IMG/VR virus record: IMGVR_UViG_3300007276_000038
Span: 1-64,000 of that record
Direction: 5' to 3' (one strand)
DNA: 64,000 nucleotides
Source of the DNA: a virus
Below the pieces are notes generated by a model. That model worked only from the letters and a program-made list of their open reading frames with translations. It did no database searches and was not told the DNA's origin. Positions 27,981-36,945 of the stretch are shown in pieces. Positions within the stretch are counted from its first letter, which is position 1; the number at the start of each line of letters is the position of its first letter. The translations under genes and the position numbers were made by a program.

Positions 27981-28996
27981 AATACACCGTTATGTTGGAG
28001 CAGTTCTTTAATTAATACAGCTATTTTATAATGTCCATTTGCAGTAGGATGTCCGCAAGGCGTGATCCACTTGCCACCTTTTTTCGGATCAATCAGAGTC
28101 TTAGAAAGTTCAGTAGTTATACCTTCTAAGTTAAGCATTAGATCTAGCAAACTATCGTGACCGTCGAGTTGGGCAACTCGATCGAATGGTAGACTCTTTA
28201 AATAGTTATACAAAAAGTCTTTGTTTTGTTGCTCAGCTAATGGATCGAGCACACTGTTAAAGACTTCGTCTATTGTTGGATTTTTGTCTAACGCTGGAAT
28301 AATTGTTAAATCAGCATTGGTCATTTTGCACCAGGTATCAATAAACTTAAATGCTCGCACTAACGCTTTATATTGGTATATGTCTTTCGTGAGCACATGT
28401 TTAGTTAATCCTTGAATTAGATAGTCTTCGTCAGCCTGCCATCCCGTCGTCGTGACAGATGGATTTAACAAGTGAAGTGTTTCGTAATCGTTTGAAATAT
28501 GATTATAGTCAGCGAATTCATTTGCAATCACGTCTATTCTAAAATACCCTGTTGGCATAAACAACACGATAATTTCATCAGCTAAGTGCCAATCGATATT
28601 ATAAAGAAACAGCCTATCCACTGCTGCTATATTCCCTCTGCCAGGTGCACCTAGATTAATAATAGACCATTCATCATTTAATAGTGTACCTAATTGCGCA
28701 GGAAAAGAATTATTTAATTCCATAATCCACGTTTGCAATGTGTTAGTATCTTTGTCGTAAACTAACTTATATTTTTCAGCTAGCGATTCTAGCAGATCAG
28801 GATCATGACAACTGTGTCCTGCATAATCCCATAACCCAAAGCATCCAGTTTCCTGCTTAGGGAGACAATCATCAAGTAATTCTTGGTCGTAAGCTCCTCT
28901 ACCGTAGGTATAACTACACCCCACAGCAACAATAGCTTTACGCTTTTGCGCTAGGTCTAAATTTATAGTTTGTACGTTGTGTGGTATCATATCCAA
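27977..28996 (-). CDS. SGNH-like hydrolase or acyltransferase
   Basis: GCSYT, NLGAPGRGN, PCGHP; paralog of 28987..30030. Confidence 0.7.
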   Translation of the reverse strand: MDMIPHNVQTINLDLAQKRKAIVAVGCSYTYGRGAYDQELLDDCLPKQETGCFGLWDYAGHSCHDPDLLESLAEKYKLVYDKDTNTLQTWIMELNNSFPAQLGTLLNDEWSIINLGAPGRGNIAAVDRLFLYNIDWHLADEIIVLFMPTGYFRIDVIANEFADYNHISNDYETLHLLNPSVTTTGWQADEDYLIQGLTKHVLTKDIYQYKALVRAFKFIDTWCKMTNADLTIIPALDKNPTIDEVFNSVLDPLAEQQNKDFLYNYLKSLPFDRVAQLDGHDSLLDLMLNLEGITTELSKTLIDPKKGGKWITPCGHPTANGHYKIAVLIKELLQHNGVL

Positions 28997-30030
28997 TTAC
29001 GATCTTTAAAGACTGTAGCTAATTCTGTTGCTAACATAGCATGTGCGATTTTACTTGGATGACCACACGGCGTTAAATAATTATGATCAATCGCTATTTT
29101 TTTATTATGCACTATATCAAGTATATCGTACTTAGATGCATCAACACCGTCTAAAGTTAATAACCAGTCGCCGAACGATTTATGATTTTGTATGTTTATG
29201 ACGTTGTTGTGCGGCGCTGCTTTAATATATCTGAATGCGTCTAGCTGGCCATCAGTTAAGTTATCCAAATCAACACCGTCGGGAGTACGACCAGCAAAAT
29301 CTTGAATCATTTCATCAAACGTAGGCAAGGCTCGGAATGCAGGGAATATTAGTAACTTAGCATTATACATGTTGCACCACTTACTGAGTACCTTGTAGTT
29401 TCTTAATAAGAATCTATATTCGTATGATGTTTCTATTGTAGTCTGCGTATATCCGTACTCTAGGTAATCTGTCGGCGTTACTAATTCATCCTTTGTCTTA
29501 TCGGTAGGAAAGATTGCTCTATAATCTTGCCCTATCTTAGAAAATTCCTGCAAATGACTTGAGACTAAATCTGTCCTTAATAAATCAGTTGCCATAAACA
29601 CTACAATGATTTCATCAGCTAAGTGCCAATCTATATCATAAATGAACAATCGATCAATTGCTGATAGATTACCATTGCCTGGTTCACCCAGATTTATTGG
29701 TGTGTACGTATTGTTAAGTTCTACTTCAGCTAATTGCGTAACAAAACTGTTTTGATTTTCCATGAGTGCTGTGTCTAATGTGTTTCTATCTTGATAGAAT
29801 GGCAAGTTAAACTTCTCGCCTAGACGCTTAAGGGTAGCCTGCTCGTGTCCCCTGTCTCTATAGTCCCAATCACCCCAAGCACCAGGTGCTAACGGTTTTT
29901 CTTCTTGCAGCAACTCGAGGTCATACGCACCTTTACCCCAAACATAACTACACCCTAGTCCCACTATTGCTCGCCTAGTTCTTGCTAGGTCTTTATTAAT
30001 TATTGCAATGTCCTTGCTTTTGTGTTTCAT
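28987..30030 (-). CDS. SGNH-like hydrolase or acyltransferase
   Basis: GCSYV, NLGEPGNGN, PCGHP. Confidence 0.7.
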   Translation of the reverse strand: MKHKSKDIAIINKDLARTRRAIVGLGCSYVWGKGAYDLELLQEEKPLAPGAWGDWDYRDRGHEQATLKRLGEKFNLPFYQDRNTLDTALMENQNSFVTQLAEVELNNTYTPINLGEPGNGNLSAIDRLFIYDIDWHLADEIIVVFMATDLLRTDLVSSHLQEFSKIGQDYRAIFPTDKTKDELVTPTDYLEYGYTQTTIETSYEYRFLLRNYKVLSKWCNMYNAKLLIFPAFRALPTFDEMIQDFAGRTPDGVDLDNLTDGQLDAFRYIKAAPHNNVINIQNHKSFGDWLLTLDGVDASKYDILDIVHNKKIAIDHNYLTPCGHPSKIAHAMLATELATVFKDRNWI

Positions 30031-31454
30031 TCTGATCTCGCTATGATGTCTTTTTCGTCTTGCTCGCTAAATTCTTTGCACATGTAATAAAACTCTGTGT
30101 ACTCCGGAAATGTCTCTAAAAAGTTTGTTCCTCTACGTTTGTCGTATTCGTTAAACCAGCGATAAAAATCTACTCGCCCCTGACGGATTCTTTCATCGTC
30201 ATAATTTTCTGTAGCAAAATAATCGCGTACTCTGCGGAAACCTTCGTACTCTAATTCACTAAACATAGTAACATCTTGCTCGTCCATGTTATCTTCGATA
30301 AAGTTTAGCGTAGTGTCAAAGTAATGCAAAAACTCGTGCTTGGGTAAAATGTGCATATCGTACTGCAATGGTTCCTTAAGGTAAGGCGTGTCGAATCGTA
30401 TCTTGCGTATGAGTGGATCTATTTCGCTATCAGGTATAATATCATTATACTTCTTGCGCCACTCTAGTATCTTAGCCAAGAACTCCGGGAATGTAGCCAC
30501 ACTTAGTATATTAAACGTACACATGTGAGTAATGTGATTCTTTACTCCGCGTAGGTATATGTCTTGATTCTTTTCCCATATCTCCAAGTTTAGTCCTGTA
30601 CGTAAATACTCTGCACGTTTACCCCAGGCTTCCATACTAGAAAACAACTTAAACTTTTTAATAGCACTAGCTTCAAGTAATCCACTAACATTAGTTACTA
30701 GCTTTTCGACGTGTCTGTGCGTCATTCCTAGGTTACTGTTCATGTTAATTTCTAAATTAGGCTTAGGATCGTTGTGTAAATCGTCGAATAGTTTCCATGT
30801 TGTTTTGTGTAATAAAGGTTCGCCGCCCGTGATTCGTAATATGTTAAGCGTTTTAGATACTTCAGGCCACCACTCCCACCATGCATCGATGTAAGGGTTA
30901 TTATCTTCTTCTATTGCTTCAAACCAGTTAATGTCTACACTGTGATTCTTAACGTCTGTTACAGGCCCATGCTTCTTAACTTCTTGATAGAAGCTACTAC
31001 TATGCATAGGATGACAGTAACCGCATTTAAAATTACATTCGTTTGAAAACGCTACTTCTATGTACTCCGGGTTAACTTTAAAGTCGTATGGATTCTTTTT
31101 AATTTCATCCATACGTTCCGGGGTGTAGATACTAGCATTACGAATCTTACGATCAGATATATGTGTATCACTTAGTCCTTCTACGTTCCAGCAATACTTA
31201 CAGCCTGTGGGTTTTTCTCCGACGAGCATCTCTGCGCGTTCACGTATCTTTTCTTTAGTGTTATGCAAAGCACTAGGGTTTCTATTTAGTTCAGCAAGAG
31301 GTATATCATGCGGATGTGGATGATAACAACTGTGTGTTTGTCCTCGGTGTAAATATATCGTTGTGTGATGCCATTTAGCTAAACAAAATGTAGGACCCAT
31401 TTCTTCATTCAGCTTGGCATCAATAGAATTAATACGTTCTATGTGTCTACTCAT
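30027..31454 (-). CDS. Radical SAM enzyme with N-terminal Twitch/SPASM-like Cys cluster
   Basis: CLAKW, SCYH, GCKYCW, CNFKCGYC, TGGEPL; paralog of 26460..27980. Confidence 0.88.
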   Translation of the reverse strand: MSRHIERINSIDAKLNEEMGPTFCLAKWHHTTIYLHRGQTHSCYHPHPHDIPLAELNRNPSALHNTKEKIRERAEMLVGEKPTGCKYCWNVEGLSDTHISDRKIRNASIYTPERMDEIKKNPYDFKVNPEYIEVAFSNECNFKCGYCHPMHSSSFYQEVKKHGPVTDVKNHSVDINWFEAIEEDNNPYIDAWWEWWPEVSKTLNILRITGGEPLLHKTTWKLFDDLHNDPKPNLEINMNSNLGMTHRHVEKLVTNVSGLLEASAIKKFKLFSSMEAWGKRAEYLRTGLNLEIWEKNQDIYLRGVKNHITHMCTFNILSVATFPEFLAKILEWRKKYNDIIPDSEIDPLIRKIRFDTPYLKEPLQYDMHILPKHEFLHYFDTTLNFIEDNMDEQDVTMFSELEYEGFRRVRDYFATENYDDERIRQGRVDFYRWFNEYDKRRGTNFLETFPEYTEFYYMCKEFSEQDEKDIIARSE

Positions 31455-31457
31455 TGT

Positions 31458-32774
31458 TTATCCTTTTTGCGTCGGGCGAGTATTGCCATAGTGAATTACG
31501 GTTATGTCAGGACCTAAGTCAGGAACTGTCCTCCAAGGATCTAATACTATGCTCTGCGGATGGAAATATAAACTAGTGCCATTTGCTGTTGCAATAGTAA
31601 GTGCTGTGTCACAATCAGTTACACGATGGTTATCGTACCAAGACTTAACAAAGTCAAGTTGATCACCGTAAGTAACTTGAGGATTATGTGCTAGTAAGTA
31701 CACCGCAGGCGCTCCTAGTACTTCTTTGGGAGGAATATCATTTGTTTCCTCATCGTAATAATACAGTTCGCCGCCAAGTTCTTCTACGTAATGTCCCACT
31801 AATTTGCTACTTGACCCAGCGTCATACGGAACTAGAGGCTTGTATGCCTTACCTACAATAATAATCGGTAACTGTGCGCCAGCAGTTTCCCTGCTTAGCC
31901 CAACCAATCGCTTGGCCATGTTTTCAGCTTGCACTTCTCTACTGCGCATTACGCTATCAAATAGATCGTATCCTAGGTCAAGCTGGTCTGCCATGTAACG
32001 CAATGCAATATTATCTCTAGGGTGACATGCACCGCCATCGCCCATTCCTGGCTTCATATAACCCGGACCCATAATACGTCTATCTGACTGCGCTAATGCA
32101 TCACATACTACTTCTGCGTTAATGTTGCCTTGCATTTCTGCTACGTCTTGTATCATGTTAACCAGTGAAACTTTTGCACTAATAAACGTATTGTAGAACA
32201 CCTTGATACATTCGCATTCGTCCCAGGTGCCGACTACATAACGAGGTGTGTTTTGCATAATAGTCTTATAGAAGTCAATAAGTTCTTTTGCATCACCTGT
32301 TTCGCTACCGTCTTCTGTACCTATCATTACCATCTCAGGGTTAACCATATCCCACTTAACAGTGCCCATAGCAATCAAGTACGGGTTATATATAAAACGT
32401 GCATTAGGTATGAGAGGTATTAGCTGTTTGCGTACAGTGCCAGGCAATACGGTTGATATAAGAACAACAAGTTGATCTTTGTTTGCTACTTCATTTACTT
32501 CACTAAGAACTTTCTTTACTATACTGTAGTCAAAATCTTTGTTGGGCAAATGGCTGGTAGGTGCTGACCCATCATATAGCGGATCATGTGGGGTTTGTAC
32601 TGCAACAAAAACAATGTCTTGTCCTTCAACCGCATCACGTAAACGTTCAACCATTTTAAAGTTTTCAGGCTCTTTAGGGAAAACGTCAAATCCAACTACA
32701 TCATGTACCTCAGCTACCATTTCTGCGCAAGCCTGTCCTAACTTGCCTACGCCGATAAATCCGATTGAGGCCAT
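31458..32774 (-). CDS. ugd: UDP-glucose/GDP-mannose 6-dehydrogenase family
   Basis: GVGKLG Rossmann motif, AVQTP, STVLPGT, IKVFYN, GGACHPRD (catalytic Cys); AGGAG RBS. Confidence 0.88.
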   Translation of the reverse strand: MASIGFIGVGKLGQACAEMVAEVHDVVGFDVFPKEPENFKMVERLRDAVEGQDIVFVAVQTPHDPLYDGSAPTSHLPNKDFDYSIVKKVLSEVNEVANKDQLVVLISTVLPGTVRKQLIPLIPNARFIYNPYLIAMGTVKWDMVNPEMVMIGTEDGSETGDAKELIDFYKTIMQNTPRYVVGTWDECECIKVFYNTFISAKVSLVNMIQDVAEMQGNINAEVVCDALAQSDRRIMGPGYMKPGMGDGGACHPRDNIALRYMADQLDLGYDLFDSVMRSREVQAENMAKRLVGLSRETAGAQLPIIIVGKAYKPLVPYDAGSSSKLVGHYVEELGGELYYYDEETNDIPPKEVLGAPAVYLLAHNPQVTYGDQLDFVKSWYDNHRVTDCDTALTIATANGTSLYFHPQSIVLDPWRTVPDLGPDITVIHYGNTRPTQKG

Positions 32775-32799
32775 TGTAATCTCCTGTGTGTCATGCTTT

Positions 32800-32824
32800 A
32801 TTATAGCATGTGTTTATATTTATC
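32800..32824 (-). promoter_or_regulatory. Tandem promoter signals: late GATAAATA plus extended -10 TGCTATAAT
   Basis: GATAAATA 32817-32824 and TGCTATAAT 32800-32808, the latter inside a CATGCT/AGCATG inverted repeat (32792-32810). Confidence 0.55.
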
Positions 32825-32842
32825 GTGTGTTTTATAGCAAAA

Positions 32843-33031
32843 TCAAGTTTTTACGGAACACGTAATTAAAAAGTCACCATTGTCTTTGATCTTTGCGCGA
32901 AATTTTTCGTCGCAGACTTCTCGACCTTGAAGTATGTCTAATTTAGGTAGTTCACCCGGATAATGCCGCAGTGTGATAATTCCGCAAGCTGAGCAAGCAA
33001 CCATTATCATGATTATTAGTAGTGTTTTCAT
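32843..33031 (-). CDS. Small putative lipoprotein
   Basis: MK plus hydrophobic stretch and lipobox-like VACSAC. Confidence 0.5.
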   Translation of the reverse strand: MKTLLIIMIMVACSACGIITLRHYPGELPKLDILQGREVCDEKFRAKIKDNGDFLITCSVKT

Positions 33032-33988
33032 CTAGAGCATACCGTTTTCTAGTAAGTCGAGTATTTGCTTTTCGCTTACCATAGAACCCCAGCGTCTAGG
33101 ATTAGTATAAGTTTGTTTAAAGAATCTAGACACGTTTTCATCAGGATCAAACAACATCATAGAATTAACTTTCTCGTTTAGTGTGCGTCCTAGTGTGCAG
33201 GCTTCTTCATACAAATCTTTGCCTTCTAGCAAGTTCTGTTGTTCAACAAAGTATGTTTTAAACCATTCGTAATCTGCGATTTGATTAGTCACAAAGTCTA
33301 GATCTAGTATAGCGTTATGGGCACCCAATCTTGCTCCGTATATAGCCCACAATCCGTTTTCAACATCGCTACCGATGTTACACCAAGTCTGTAGTCTGTT
33401 GTAGTTTCCGTACCATATACGTTCTTTGAACTTGTCAGGATTGACTCGCTTGCCTTGGTCTAGACTCATCTTGACGCCTTCTCTGAATCCTGAACGGAAT
33501 GCTTGAAAGGGACTAGCAGTCTGATGTATTTCGCTATAGATATCGTTTAACTGTATATAGTTTAGCTTCCAACAAAACTCCATGCCTTCTTCATCGTCTG
33601 AAGATTCATGTGTTTGTATAGTTTTAGTATACTCAGTTGGCCAGCACTTTAATCCGCCGTTGCCGTACACTAAACCATTTAGCAAGTTCTTTGCGTTCCA
33701 ACTAAAAATGCTTTCGCTTATGCTGTGACCGTCTCTATCAGTGCTCGGAAAATCTAATGTCTGCTCAAAGAAATCATCCATCACAACGTTGTCGCCATCC
33801 ACAGTAATAAAGCGTTCTGTTTCACTTTGCATTGCACAAGCCTTGTGTGCTGCATCGAACCCCTTGACTCCATGCACACGCTTAGCCCAAGGAACTTTGT
33901 TTAGCAAGTCAGCCCAATGTTTTTCACAATTAGGTTCGTCATACGAAATATAAAAGATATCTAATTCATTCACATCTACTTTAGTCAT
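33032..33988 (-). CDS. GT-A/GT2-like glycosyltransferase (single-module paralog of the 1023-aa protein)
   Basis: DIFYISYDEPN, VHGVKGFDAAH, ITVDGDN, YGNGGLK, AFRSGFREGVK. Confidence 0.78.
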   Translation of the reverse strand: MTKVDVNELDIFYISYDEPNCEKHWADLLNKVPWAKRVHGVKGFDAAHKACAMQSETERFITVDGDNVVMDDFFEQTLDFPSTDRDGHSISESIFSWNAKNLLNGLVYGNGGLKCWPTEYTKTIQTHESSDDEEGMEFCWKLNYIQLNDIYSEIHQTASPFQAFRSGFREGVKMSLDQGKRVNPDKFKERIWYGNYNRLQTWCNIGSDVENGLWAIYGARLGAHNAILDLDFVTNQIADYEWFKTYFVEQQNLLEGKDLYEEACTLGRTLNEKVNSMMLFDPDENVSRFFKQTYTNPRRWGSMVSEKQILDLLENGML

Positions 33989-34640
33989 ATGATTCAGCCT
34001 CCATTACACAATACTTATCAAACAATTTGTGTGTATATACACTGCATCCACTGTAATTGCTATTAGTTTTTATTACTTGCATAGGTTTTTCTATCAACTC
34101 TGGCAAGGGAATTTTAATCGTTTGCAACATAATATATGGATTATTATTTGCTGTTATGTAAAACACCAACAAACTACTTCCTTTAATTACTGCTAAATCA
34201 GTTAAGTCCGTATCATTATAAAATGCTTGTGCTGTAGGAGACAGCTCAACGGTAAATGCATCGTTAGTCAGTCTACAACAAATATCAAAATCTGTAGTCT
34301 CAGGTACTGTATCAATTTTAGTAACAAAATCATCAGCAACTTTATACTCATGCACAAGCTGCTCTTTTTGCATAATGCGATAATTTGTTTTATATTGGGC
34401 ACCTTCCTCGACTAGGTAATTACTAGTTCCTAGCCTACTAACTTCCTCTAACTGCTCTTGTGGAAACGTTGCGGTTTTCCAGCCTGGCTTAGGAACAATC
34501 TCGTCTGACAAAGTAATACAAACGATATCACCAGACTCAACAAAATACAACCGGAATTTTTTGTTTTTATCTGATCCTACTTTGCCTGCTGCCTTAGCTG
34601 CTAAGAATTTTTCCTTACGCTCTTTAGCTCGATTGTTCAT
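33981..34640 (-). CDS. Hypothetical protein
   Basis: 219-aa ORF overlapping both neighbours. Confidence 0.65.
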   Translation of the reverse strand: MNNRAKERKEKFLAAKAAGKVGSDKNKKFRLYFVESGDIVCITLSDEIVPKPGWKTATFPQEQLEEVSRLGTSNYLVEEGAQYKTNYRIMQKEQLVHEYKVADDFVTKIDTVPETTDFDICCRLTNDAFTVELSPTAQAFYNDTDLTDLAVIKGSSLLVFYITANNNPYIMLQTIKIPLPELIEKPMQVIKTNSNYSGCSVYTHKLFDKYCVMEAESYD

Positions 34641-35499
34641 AGTAGTCCTGCTCTAACTGCTGAATCATTTCTTGATTTAGCCAATGCTTTTCCGTGTAAT
34701 GAAACGGCAATAACTGCTGAAAGTTTCCTATTTTAAAGTCACGATAACTAACATAGTATGTAGGGAGACTCTCGGTCCAGTCGTCTTGTATTTTATCTTT
34801 AGCTATTCCCTGAATATAACTTTTCATATGCACAAAAGTAGGAGTGCTTACATTAATTCGAGTGCAGTCGGATTCAATTCCTAATAGTTGCATTGCTAAC
34901 GCAAACGCTACATCGCCGCTTAAAAAGGTAGGCTTATTACCTCCAGGTAGGTAGTCAAAGAAAAATCGCTGCCAATGTTGGAAAATAATCTCAGTCATAG
35001 AAAAAAGATCACTAGTTAAACTAGATTTCTTAAAGTAAAGAAACGCAGTATATACGTTAGGTAAATTATTTGACGTAAAGCATTTTCTGTAGTGATCGTC
35101 GGTTACTATCTCATTCCTGTATGTTCTTACATCAGTGGTTGCCCAAACGTCTTGCTCTCTCAGCGAATCCCACCAATAGCTAACATCTGTAGGGAACAGC
35201 ATGTCTGTGTCAAGAATAACTGTTTCTTCGTACGGAGTCATATGCAAGTACTTCCACTTGTTTTGTATCTTCCATTTCTTTTCGTGCTCTGCTAAATCTC
35301 CCCACGGAATTTCTATAATCTGATCAAATACTAGCCTATGCTTATCTTCAATTTGTTCTAGAGTATGCGAATCAACACAAACTGATAACTTATTCACGCT
35401 TGATTGTGTTAGGTGCAGATTCATAGCCAAAGCGTATGCTTGCTCTAGATAATTAACCTGGTTGGTATTCTGCGCAATACAAATATACCCTTTAGACAT
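34624..35499 (-). CDS. GT-A (GT8-like) nucleotide-diphospho-sugar transferase
   Basis: TPYEETVILDTD (DxD), HMK, FHY motifs. Confidence 0.75.
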   Translation of the reverse strand: MSKGYICIAQNTNQVNYLEQAYALAMNLHLTQSSVNKLSVCVDSHTLEQIEDKHRLVFDQIIEIPWGDLAEHEKKWKIQNKWKYLHMTPYEETVILDTDMLFPTDVSYWWDSLREQDVWATTDVRTYRNEIVTDDHYRKCFTSNNLPNVYTAFLYFKKSSLTSDLFSMTEIIFQHWQRFFFDYLPGGNKPTFLSGDVAFALAMQLLGIESDCTRINVSTPTFVHMKSYIQGIAKDKIQDDWTESLPTYYVSYRDFKIGNFQQLLPFHYTEKHWLNQEMIQQLEQDYYEQSS

Positions 35500-35659
35500 T
35501 TGCTGTTCTCGTGAGTTCGTTAAATTCTAATGTATATGTGTACTTATTGGTTACTAGTACGCTACCGTCGAAGTAAGTTACTTTTTCTTTTTTGCCCTTA
35601 ACAATTGCGTTCTTGAGCTCTGATAACGAGTTCCAACGTTCTTTATTATAAATTTTCAA
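35492..35659 (-). CDS. Small hypothetical protein (55 aa), missing from the ORF track
   Basis: TTG start at 35659 with AGGAG RBS (35666-35670). Translates MKIYNKERWNSLSELKNAIVKGKKEKVTYFDGSVLVTNKYTYTLEFNELTRTANV and exactly fills the gap between two GT genes. Confidence 0.7.
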   Translation of the reverse strand: MKIYNKERWNSLSELKNAIVKGKKEKVTYFDGSVLVTNKYTYTLEFNELTRTANV

Positions 35660-36542
35660 GTAAGTCTCCTAGTATTCTTTCTAGTGCCCACTTATTCATA
35701 ATATGAATGTCAAGGTCTTTCCAGCGTATAGCAATATAATCGCCTACTTGTGCTGTTGATTTTTCAGCTAATATTAATAACTCGTTTTCTCCTAATACTC
35801 GTTCGATGTCGTCTATGTCAAACGACTTAAATAAAGCGAACGGTAGTTGTGGGATTGTTCTATCAACAAAGCCGCCCATATTATGTGCTGCAACACTAAA
35901 ACTATAATCATTCCTGTATAAGTTTCCAGGCCATTTATACAATTGCTTGTAATACAATATATTAGCTGCGACTTGTTTAACTAAGTTAAAAAACGATTCA
36001 GCGTATGCGCCTTTCTTAAAATAAACAACAGTGGCCCAATACATAGTGATCCCAACAGAGTTTAAACGAGACAATGAGCTATATTCTCTGTCACCCAGTA
36101 TATCAGTGTAGTCATAACTCATCATTAACTCGTTGTTGTGGCCCCAGCACCGGTTCAGTGTATCGCTTAGTATAAGAAAATCTGCATCAAGTAAAATAGT
36201 TTCTTCGTACGGAGAAAGATCATAAGCCTCAGATCTATTTAGATTATAAAAACTTAGTGGTCTTGCTTTATCACTTGTGTCTTTATATAGTCGCATGTTT
36301 TTGTATTTAAACTCTATATCTTTTTCTTGCAATATATACTCAGCACTACTTGTTACGAATTCTTTTGTGTGCTTACTGCAAGCATAGTCATAACTATACT
36401 CATCAGTCACAATAGTAACTTGCTCTTTACTAATCCCTAAATGTTTTTGGGCTAACTTACTGTTTACAATTGCTAATGTTATATAATCTATTTCAACATT
36501 GTTAAACGCAAACATTATTAGTCCGCGATTAGGTGTCGTCAT
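35646..36542 (-). CDS. GT-A (GT8-like) nucleotide-diphospho-sugar transferase
   Basis: LSPYEETILLDAD (DxD), YRNDY, HIMNK; paralog of 34624..35499. Confidence 0.75.
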   Translation of the reverse strand: MTTPNRGLIMFAFNNVEIDYITLAIVNSKLAQKHLGISKEQVTIVTDEYSYDYACSKHTKEFVTSSAEYILQEKDIEFKYKNMRLYKDTSDKARPLSFYNLNRSEAYDLSPYEETILLDADFLILSDTLNRCWGHNNELMMSYDYTDILGDREYSSLSRLNSVGITMYWATVVYFKKGAYAESFFNLVKQVAANILYYKQLYKWPGNLYRNDYSFSVAAHNMGGFVDRTIPQLPFALFKSFDIDDIERVLGENELLILAEKSTAQVGDYIAIRWKDLDIHIMNKWALERILGDLLENL

Positions 36543-36885
36543 GTATATCTAATACCTTATGCACTTTGCGAGCTTTGCGTAATTTTTCGTACTCTTTATG
36601 ATAGTCGTTGGTAGCTTCGAAGTATCTGCTTACTATTTCATTATAAAAGTCTTCTAGGTCTACTAAAATAGGATTGTTATATATGTCTAACAAAACTAGT
36701 TCAGTACAGTCTTGATCTATGTAAATTTTACAAAAGGAAATTAATGCACGGTCTATAGTGAATGTGCCACCATTAATGCTGTAACTAAGCAAGTTTTCTA
36801 CTTTGGCTTTAATTGCATTATGCTGCGTATTTAAAGTGACGCGGTAATTAGCGAAATCTAATGCTGTGTTAAGTTTTGCACTCAT
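36529..36885 (-). CDS. Hypothetical phage protein
   Basis: 118 aa; preceded by a perfect TATAAATA and AGGA RBS. Confidence 0.72.
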   Translation of the reverse strand: MSAKLNTALDFANYRVTLNTQHNAIKAKVENLLSYSINGGTFTIDRALISFCKIYIDQDCTELVLLDIYNNPILVDLEDFYNEIVSRYFEATNDYHKEYEKLRKARKVHKVLDIHDDT

Positions 36886-36912
36886 AGTTTTAGTCCTGTA
36901 TGTGTATGCTAC

Positions 36913-36920
36913 TATTTATA
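36913..36920 (-). promoter_or_regulatory. T4-type late promoter TATAAATA
   Basis: Exact T4 late consensus, about 28 nt upstream of ATG 36885. Confidence 0.7.
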
Positions 36921-36945
36921 CAGGATTAAACTATGTTATATCTGA

